Shown here one piece after another: positions 58,503-64,000 of a DNA stretch of 64,000 nt. The notes below the pieces were generated by a model. That model searched no databases, was not told the origin of the DNA, and saw only the letters and a list, made by a program, of their open reading frames with translations. The position numbers and the translations under genes are program-made. Source of the stretch: Acidimicrobiia bacterium (GTDB taxonomy: Bacteria; Actinomycetota; Acidimicrobiia; Spongiisociales; UBA5794); the NCBI GenBank assembly GCA_051002015.1, contig JBPCMS010000078.1, forward strand, positions 1,564 to 65,563, in the 5' to 3' direction. Numbering within the stretch: the first letter of the stretch is position 1; the number at the start of each line of letters is the position of its first letter.

Positions 58503-60077
58503 GTGAGCCGAGGACCTCGGACCCACGGGCAGGCGTCGACCGGTGACTTCGACCGGGTCTTGGTCATCGACTTCGGCGCCCAGTACGCCCAGCTCATCGC
58601 CCGACGGGTACGCCAGGCGCACGTGCTTTCCGAGATCGTGCCCAGGACGGTCACCGCCGCCGAGGTTGCCGCCGCCGAGCCGGTCGGGGTGATCCTGTCG
58701 GGTGGCCCCGCCTCGGTGTACGCCGACGACGCCTACTCCATCGACCCTGCCATCCTCGACCTGGGGATCCCGGTGCTCGGCATCTGTTACGGGCACCAGG
58801 TGATCGCTCAGACCCTCGGGGGCGTGGTGGCGGCCAACGACGTCGCCGAGTACGGGGGCACCATCCTGGAGCTGACCGGCGGCGGGGGAACCCTGCTCGG
58901 CGACCTGCCCCCCACCCAGACGGTGTGGATGAGCCACCGCGACGCCGTCGCCGTCCCCCCTCCCGCGTTCCGGGTCACGGCGGCGACCGCCGACTCACCG
59001 GTGGCGGCCATGGAGGACCCCGGGCGGCGGATCTACGGGGTGCAGTTCCACCCCGAGGTGGCGCATACCGCCCGTGGCCAGGAGATCCTGGGCCGGTTCC
59101 TCTCCGAGGCATGCGGGGCCCGCCCCTCGTGGACCCACGTCGGGATCATCGAGCAGGTGGTGGCCGAGACCCTCGCCACCGTCGGCGACCGCACCGTGCT
59201 CTGCGCCCTGTCGGGTGGGGTCGACTCCTCGGTGGCGGCGGCGCTGGTGCACAAGGCGATCGGTGGCCGTCTCACCTGCGTGTTCGTCGATCACGGTCTG
59301 CTCCGGGCGGGGGAGGCGGAGCAGGTGGAGGACACCTTCCGCGGTCACTTCGGGATGAACCTGATCACGGTCAAGGCGGCCGACCGCTTCCTCGACCGGC
59401 TCGCCGGGGTTACCGACCCCGAGGAGAAGCGCAAGGCGATCGGCGAGACCTTCATCAGGGTGTTCGAGGAGGTGGTCAGCGACATCGACGACGCCGGGTT
59501 CCTGGTCCAGGGGACCCTGTACCCCGACGTGATCGAGTCGGGCACCGCAGATGCCGCCAGGATCAAGAGCCACCACAACGTCGGCGGGCTGCCCGAGGAC
59601 ATGCGCTTCGAGCTGATCGAGCCGCTGCGTGATCTGTTCAAGGACGAGGTGCGGGCCATCGGCGAGGAGCTGGGGCTTCCCCAGGAGATCGTGTGGCGCC
59701 AGCCCTTCCCCGGGCCGGGGCTGGCGGTGCGGATCATCGGCGAGGTCACCAGGGAGCGGCTCGAGATCCTGCGCGCCGCCGACGCCATCGTGCTCGAGGA
59801 GATCAGACGGGCCGGGCTCTACCGGGAGATCTGGCAGAGCTTCGGGGTGCTCCCGGCGATCCGCTCGGTCGGGGTGCAGGGCGATGGGCGCAGCTACGCC
59901 TACCCGCTGATCGTGCGGGCGGTGATGTCGGACGACGCCATGACCGCCGACTGGGCTCGGCTGCCCTACGAAGTACTGGAGAGGATCTCTTCGCGGGTGG
60001 TCAACGAGGTCCCCGGGATCAACCGGGTCGCCTACGACATCTCGTCCAAGCCGCCGGCCACCATCGAATGGGAGTGA
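58503..60077 (+). CDS. guaA: glutamine-hydrolysing GMP synthase
   Basis: [19 protein letters not shown]...GICYGHQ...[11 protein letters not shown]...C-terminal PPATIEWE. Confidence 0.97.
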   Translation: MSRGPRTHGQASTGDFDRVLVIDFGAQYAQLIARRVRQAHVLSEIVPRTVTAAEVAAAEPVGVILSGGPASVYADDAYSIDPAILDLGIPVLGICYGHQVIAQTLGGVVAANDVAEYGGTILELTGGGGTLLGDLPPTQTVWMSHRDAVAVPPPAFRVTAATADSPVAAMEDPGRRIYGVQFHPEVAHTARGQEILGRFLSEACGARPSWTHVGIIEQVVAETLATVGDRTVLCALSGGVDSSVAAALVHKAIGGRLTCVFVDHGLLRAGEAEQVEDTFRGHFGMNLITVKAADRFLDRLAGVTDPEEKRKAIGETFIRVFEEVVSDIDDAGFLVQGTLYPDVIESGTADAARIKSHHNVGGLPEDMRFELIEPLRDLFKDEVRAIGEELGLPQEIVWRQPFPGPGLAVRIIGEVTRERLEILRAADAIVLEEIRRAGLYREIWQSFGVLPAIRSVGVQGDGRSYAYPLIVRAVMSDDAMTADWARLPYEVLERISSRVVNEVPGINRVAYDISSKPPATIEWE

Positions 60078-60099
60078 GTCGCCTGGCCGCAAGCCCACC

Positions 60100-60146
60100 A
60101 ACTTTGAGCGCCTGACACCGGATAGCGGTGTGAAGCGCTCAAAGTT
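60100..60146. terminator. nested hairpin (12-bp outer and 5-bp inner stem) 23 nt after the guaA stop; terminator or operator
   Basis: AACTTTGAGCGC-ctga-CACCG-gatag-CGGTG-tgaa-GCGCTCAAAGTT. There is no U-tract. Confidence 0.4.
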
Positions 60147-60219
60147 CACAGCGAGCATCGAGCGGCGCATCGAGCTCGCGTCGGGACGCTTGGGGACGCC
60201 GCCGGTACCATCGTCGCTC

Positions 60220-61128
60220 ATGACCGCCGCCATCGATGTCACGCTCGACGCGGTCATCGTCACCGTCACCGACGACCGGCCCCGCATCCTCACCCTGGCC
60301 GGGCCGTCGGGACCGCCCCGCATCCCCGCCGGTCCGCTCGATCCCGTGCATGACAAGACGCTCGAGCAGGCGATGCGACGCTGGATCGACCAGCTCACCG
60401 GGGTGGGCATCGGCTACGCCGAGCAGCTCTACACCTTCGGTGACCGCAAGCGAGGGGGTCGGCGGGACGATCCGGCCCGCTGGCTGTCCGTCGCCTACCT
60501 GGCCCTGGTACGGGAGGAGACCCCGGCGCCCGGGGCGTCGTGGGTCGACGTGTACGACCTGTTCCCCTGGGAGGACCACCGCGAGGGCCGCCCCCCGGTG
60601 ATCGGCGAGGCGCTGCTCCCGGCCATGGAGGAATGGGCGGCAACCTCGGAGGCGGCGGTGCGGCGAGAGCGTATCGCCGTCATGTTCGGCCAGGAGTCGG
60701 GCTGGGACGGGATCAGGGTGCTGGAGCGGTACGAGCTGCTGTACGAGGCCGGTCTGGTGGCCGAGGCGCAGATCGACGCCGGGATGCCGGTGGCGGACAC
60801 CGTGGTGGGGACGACGATGGCCTACGACGATCGGCGCATCGCCGCCACCGCCCTTGGCAGGCTGCGGGGCAAGCTGACCTATCGCCCCCTGGTGTTCGAG
60901 CTGCTCCCCGACCGGTTCACCCTGACCGCCCTGCAACGCACCGTCGAGGCGCTCTCTGGGATCAGGCTCCACACCCAGAACTTCCGCCGCCTGGTCGAAC
61001 GCAACCGGCTGGTCGAGGGCACCGGGGCGACGGCGGCCACCGGGGGACGCCCCGGCGAGCTGTTCCGCTTCCGCCCCGAGGTGCTGCGGGAGCGGCCCCG
61101 ACCGGGGGTGGGCGTCCCCTACCGCTGA
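60220..61128 (+). CDS. NrtR-like regulator (Nudix-related N-domain plus C-terminal winged helix), tentative
   Basis: The C-terminal FTLTALQRTVEALSGIRLHTQNFRRLVERNRLVE resembles the NrtR wHTH. The N-domain has no intact Nudix box. Confidence 0.5.
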   Translation: MTAAIDVTLDAVIVTVTDDRPRILTLAGPSGPPRIPAGPLDPVHDKTLEQAMRRWIDQLTGVGIGYAEQLYTFGDRKRGGRRDDPARWLSVAYLALVREETPAPGASWVDVYDLFPWEDHREGRPPVIGEALLPAMEEWAATSEAAVRRERIAVMFGQESGWDGIRVLERYELLYEAGLVAEAQIDAGMPVADTVVGTTMAYDDRRIAATALGRLRGKLTYRPLVFELLPDRFTLTALQRTVEALSGIRLHTQNFRRLVERNRLVEGTGATAATGGRPGELFRFRPEVLRERPRPGVGVPYR

Positions 61129-61184
61129 TCCTCGCCCTGGCGAACCCTCCTTTGCTGCGTCTGCAACACGGCTAGCGTCCGACG

Positions 61185-61865
61185 ATGCCGCAGCCGCACC
61201 GGGTGGCGCTCCGCCTCTTCGCTCCCATCGGGTCGAGCTACGAGCGCTGGGCCCGGTTGCTCTCCTTTGCTCAGGACGGGCGATGGCGGGAGGCGATGGT
61301 CGCCGGGCTCGCCGTGGCGCCCGGGGAGCGAGCCCTCGACGTCGCCGCCGGCAGCGGTTCGATCACCCGGATGCTCCAGGCGGCGGGCGCAGACGTGGTG
61401 TCGCTCGACCAGAGCGGCGAGATGCTGGCGGCGGCGACGGTGCGGGGCGCCACCGCGGTGCGGGCCGGGGCCGAGACCCTGCCATTCGGCGACGCCGAGT
61501 TCGATCTGGTCACCTTCGGCTACCTGCTCCGGTACGTCGACGACCTCCCCGAGGCGTTGGCCGAGCTGGCCCGGGTGCTCCGCCCCGGCGGCCGCATGGG
61601 TATGGTCGAGTTCGGCCGGCCGGCCGGGGTCTGGGGGCCACCGTGGTGGCTCTACACCCGGATCGGCCTTCCCGCGGCGGGGGCGCTCATCGGCGGGGGG
61701 TGGCGGGAGGTCGGCTTGTTCCTGGGCCCAAGCATCGACCGGTTCGCCGCGGAATGGCCGCCGCTCCGCCTGGCCGGGGCGTGGAGGAACGCCGGCTTCG
61801 ATGAGGTGCGGGTCGCCCGTCCATCGCTCGGTGGCGGGCTGCTGATGTGGGGGCGGCGGCGATGA
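61185..61865 (+). CDS. class I SAM-dependent methyltransferase (UbiE/MenG-like)
   Basis: RALDVAAGSGSITRML...FDLVTFGYLLRYV...LRPGGRMGMVEF. Confidence 0.75.
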   Translation: MPQPHRVALRLFAPIGSSYERWARLLSFAQDGRWREAMVAGLAVAPGERALDVAAGSGSITRMLQAAGADVVSLDQSGEMLAAATVRGATAVRAGAETLPFGDAEFDLVTFGYLLRYVDDLPEALAELARVLRPGGRMGMVEFGRPAGVWGPPWWLYTRIGLPAAGALIGGGWREVGLFLGPSIDRFAAEWPPLRLAGAWRNAGFDEVRVARPSLGGGLLMWGRRR

Positions 61866-62575
61866 CCGGACCGGCCCCGGCCTGGTATGCCCGGCGGGGA
61901 GGCTCCGGAGCCGGTCTCATCACCCTGCTCCACCCGCCGTACACGCTGTGGCACCTGGGCTACGTCGCCATCGGCGCCGCCCTGGCACCCCGGCTCGACG
62001 GCAGGGTGCTCGCCGGGACCCTGCTCGCCTTCGCCGTCGGGCTCGGGGTGTCCGCCCACGCCCTCGACGAGCTCCACGGCCACCCGTTGGGGACGGGGTT
62101 GAGCGATCGGGTGCTGGTGGCCCTTGCGGTCGGCGGGTTCGCCGTGGTCGCCGCCCTGGCGGTGGTGGGCGCCGCCGAGGTGTCACCCTGGGTGCTGGTC
62201 TGGGCGGCGGTCGGGATGGTGATCGCCACCGCCTACTGCCTGGAGCTGGTGCCGGCGCTCCACACCACGCTCGGGTTCGGGCTGACCTGGGGGGCCTTCC
62301 CGGTGCTGGCCGGGTACTGGGCGCAGACCTCCTCGGTCGATGCCGCCGCCGTCATGGCGGCGGCGGCGGCGGTGCTGCTGTCGATGGCGCAGCGCTCGCT
62401 GAGCACCCCGGCCCGGTTCGTCCGCCGGGACACCGGCGGCGCCGCGGTCGACTTCGACGCCGATGTGCCAGGGTGGGACCGCGTCGAGCTGCTACGAACC
62501 TGGGAGCGGCCCCTCCAGCTCCTCGGCGCCGCCGTCGTGGTCCTGGCGGTGGCGCTGCTGCTCACCCACCGCTGA
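61862..62575 (+). CDS. multi-pass membrane protein of unknown function
   Basis: About 7 hydrophobic spans and a HALDELHGHP motif. ATGA overlap with the preceding methyltransferase. Confidence 0.6.
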   Translation: MTGPAPAWYARRGGSGAGLITLLHPPYTLWHLGYVAIGAALAPRLDGRVLAGTLLAFAVGLGVSAHALDELHGHPLGTGLSDRVLVALAVGGFAVVAALAVVGAAEVSPWVLVWAAVGMVIATAYCLELVPALHTTLGFGLTWGAFPVLAGYWAQTSSVDAAAVMAAAAAVLLSMAQRSLSTPARFVRRDTGGAAVDFDADVPGWDRVELLRTWERPLQLLGAAVVVLAVALLLTHR

Positions 62576-63155
62576 GCCGACCGCGGTCGTCCCCGGCGGC
62601 GGCCCGGTAGGCGATGCCCCGTGGCGACAGCCGGTACCCCACCGTCAGGCTCTCGGTGAGCCCCATGGCCTTGAGCTTGCGGATGTCGGTCTTGAACGGC
62701 TGCGTCTCCCGACCGACCATGGCGGCCAGGTCCGGGGCTCGCCGGGCCGGGAACCGTTCTATCAGGTCGAGCGCCGAGTGGGTCCATGGCTCGCGGCTGC
62801 TGGCCCGGTCAAGCCGGTCGAGGCGCCTGGTGATGGCGGCGACGTCGTCTGCGGACAGGGCGGCGTCGTTGCGCAGCGCCACCCGGGGGTCGTCGCCGAT
62901 GTGGCGGAACCGGATGCGGTACAGCTCGCCCTCGGTGAACGGTGCCAGCGCTGCCATCAGCTCGGCGCGATCGGCGTAACCGGCGGCCCGCGCATCCCGC
63001 TCGGTGACGTCGGTCTCGGCGACGATCTCCACCGAGTCGATGCCCAGCAGCCCGCCCCTGGACTGCATGGTGCCGCCCGCCTTGACCGAGGGCCGCCGCC
63101 ACCGCCGGACGGCAACGGTGACCGACCCGTCCTCCAGCCCCGCCCAGAACCGCAT
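62562..63155 (-). CDS. hypothetical protein (PUA/ASCH-like N-terminus and winged-helix-like C-terminus, inferred)
   Basis: MRFWAGLEDGSVTVAVRRWRRPSVKAGG... The start is uncertain (a GTG at 63167 is possible). The long ORF-track N-terminus is rejected. Confidence 0.45.
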   Translation of the reverse strand: MRFWAGLEDGSVTVAVRRWRRPSVKAGGTMQSRGGLLGIDSVEIVAETDVTERDARAAGYADRAELMAALAPFTEGELYRIRFRHIGDDPRVALRNDAALSADDVAAITRRLDRLDRASSREPWTHSALDLIERFPARRAPDLAAMVGRETQPFKTDIRKLKAMGLTESLTVGYRLSPRGIAYRAAAGDDRGRLSGG

Positions 63156-63235
63156 CGGGAACTGCACGACGGAGAGGGTAGGCGCGTGCGCAGCACGTTG
63201 TAGGCTGTGGTCCACAGGAGTACGTGTGATCAACC

Positions 63236-63469
63236 ATGGCCAAGCGCAACCTGACCGTGCAGCTCGATGAGGACACCATCCACATGGCCAAGGTCCTGGC
63301 GGCGAGACGGGGCACGTCGGTGAGCCTCCTCGTCGCCCGCGAGCTGCAACGGCTGGTCGATGATGACCATCGCTATGACGAGGCTCGGCTGCGGGCGGCC
63401 CGCGCCCTCGGCCGCGCCGCCAACCGGGGCGGCCCCACCTGGCACCGCGACGATCTCCACGCCCGGTGA
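63236..63469 (+). CDS. vapB: type II antitoxin (VapB-like, ribbon-helix-helix type)
   Basis: 77 aa: MAKRNLTVQLDEDTIHMAKVLAARRGTSVSLLVAREL. 4-nt overlap with the PIN gene. Confidence 0.75.
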   Translation: MAKRNLTVQLDEDTIHMAKVLAARRGTSVSLLVARELQRLVDDDHRYDEARLRAARALGRAANRGGPTWHRDDLHAR

Positions 63470-63918
63470 TCGACGGTGTGATCGACGGTGTGACCGGGCT
63501 CGTCTTCGTCGACACCAACGTCCTCGTGTACGCCCACGACGCCTCCGAGACCGTCCGCCAACCAATCGCCCGGGCGGTGCTCGACGAGCTGTGGGCCACT
63601 AGAACGGGGTCGCTCAGCACCCAGGTGCTGCAGGAGTTCTACGTCGTCGCCACCCGGAAGTTCGCCCCCCCGATGTCCCGACGAGAGGCGCGGGAGATCG
63701 TCGACGCCTACGCCCATTGGCCGCTGGTTCACATCGACGCCCCGATGATCCAGGCCGCCTCGCACATCGAGGAGCGGCATCGGTTGTCGTTCTGGGACGC
63801 CCTCATCGTGGAAGCGGCCCGCCGCGCCGGGGCGATCCGTCTGCTCTCCGAGGACCTGCAGCCCGATCGCCGCTTCGCAGGGGTGCAGATCGAGAACCCG
63901 TTCGCCGCCAGCGGCTGA
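63466..63918 (+). CDS. vapC: PIN-domain ribonuclease toxin VapC
   Basis: LVFVDTNVLVYA...VLQEFY...SFWDALIVEAA...LLSEDL (acidic PIN residues). GTG start. Confidence 0.85.
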   Translation: MIDGVIDGVTGLVFVDTNVLVYAHDASETVRQPIARAVLDELWATRTGSLSTQVLQEFYVVATRKFAPPMSRREAREIVDAYAHWPLVHIDAPMIQAASHIEERHRLSFWDALIVEAARRAGAIRLLSEDLQPDRRFAGVQIENPFAASG

Positions 63919-64000
63919 GCCACCATCCGCCCCGAGTTTTGCTCCGGAATAGCAGAAGTGGTAGCTTGGTTGGACATAATGCTCAGAATGAGTAGAAGAA

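Overview
High-GC (about 70%) actinobacterial-type chromosome segment; the phylum call is an inference from gene content (GuaB3, mycothiol-type DinB enzyme, CIRCE/groES-groEL, ECF sigma, GTG/TTG starts, 4-nt ATGA/GTGA gene overlaps). The backbone is the ribosomal superoperon on the + strand: fusA 3' end, S10 operon (rpsJ-rpsQ), spc operon (rplN-rplO, secY, adk, map), then rpmJ-rpsM-rpsK-rpsD-rpoA-rplQ, truA and rplM-rpsI-glmM. This is followed by a glmS ribozyme plus glmS, acpS-nnr-alr, the t6A genes tsaE-tsaB-rimI-tsaD, and CIRCE-controlled groES-groEL. A mixed region from 41 to 64 kb holds a citramalate synthase operon, trpS, guaB3-guaA, methyltransferases, an MBL-Rieske fusion and a VapBC pair. 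The superoperon is split between map and rpmJ by an 8.8 kb block read entirely from the minus strand, and infA is not present. That block contains a two-gene membrane cassette bracketed by a 241-nt duplicate of the map 3' end, a PadR-controlled cupin/VOC operon with a clear promoter and operator, an ECF sigma/anti-sigma pair, and an uncharacterised esterase / ATP-grasp / esterase operon. Other notable signals: a 476-aa S3 with a repetitive basic-then-acidic tail; a bipartite 12-mer/17-mer element shared by the rplM and guaB3 leaders; two copies of a 50-bp palindromic element; an Ile-codon leader peptide and terminator upstream of cimA; and a one-base frameshift inside cimA. No CRISPR array, rRNA, tRNA, transposase or integrase was seen. 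All calls come from reading the sequence and ORF translations, with no database search.
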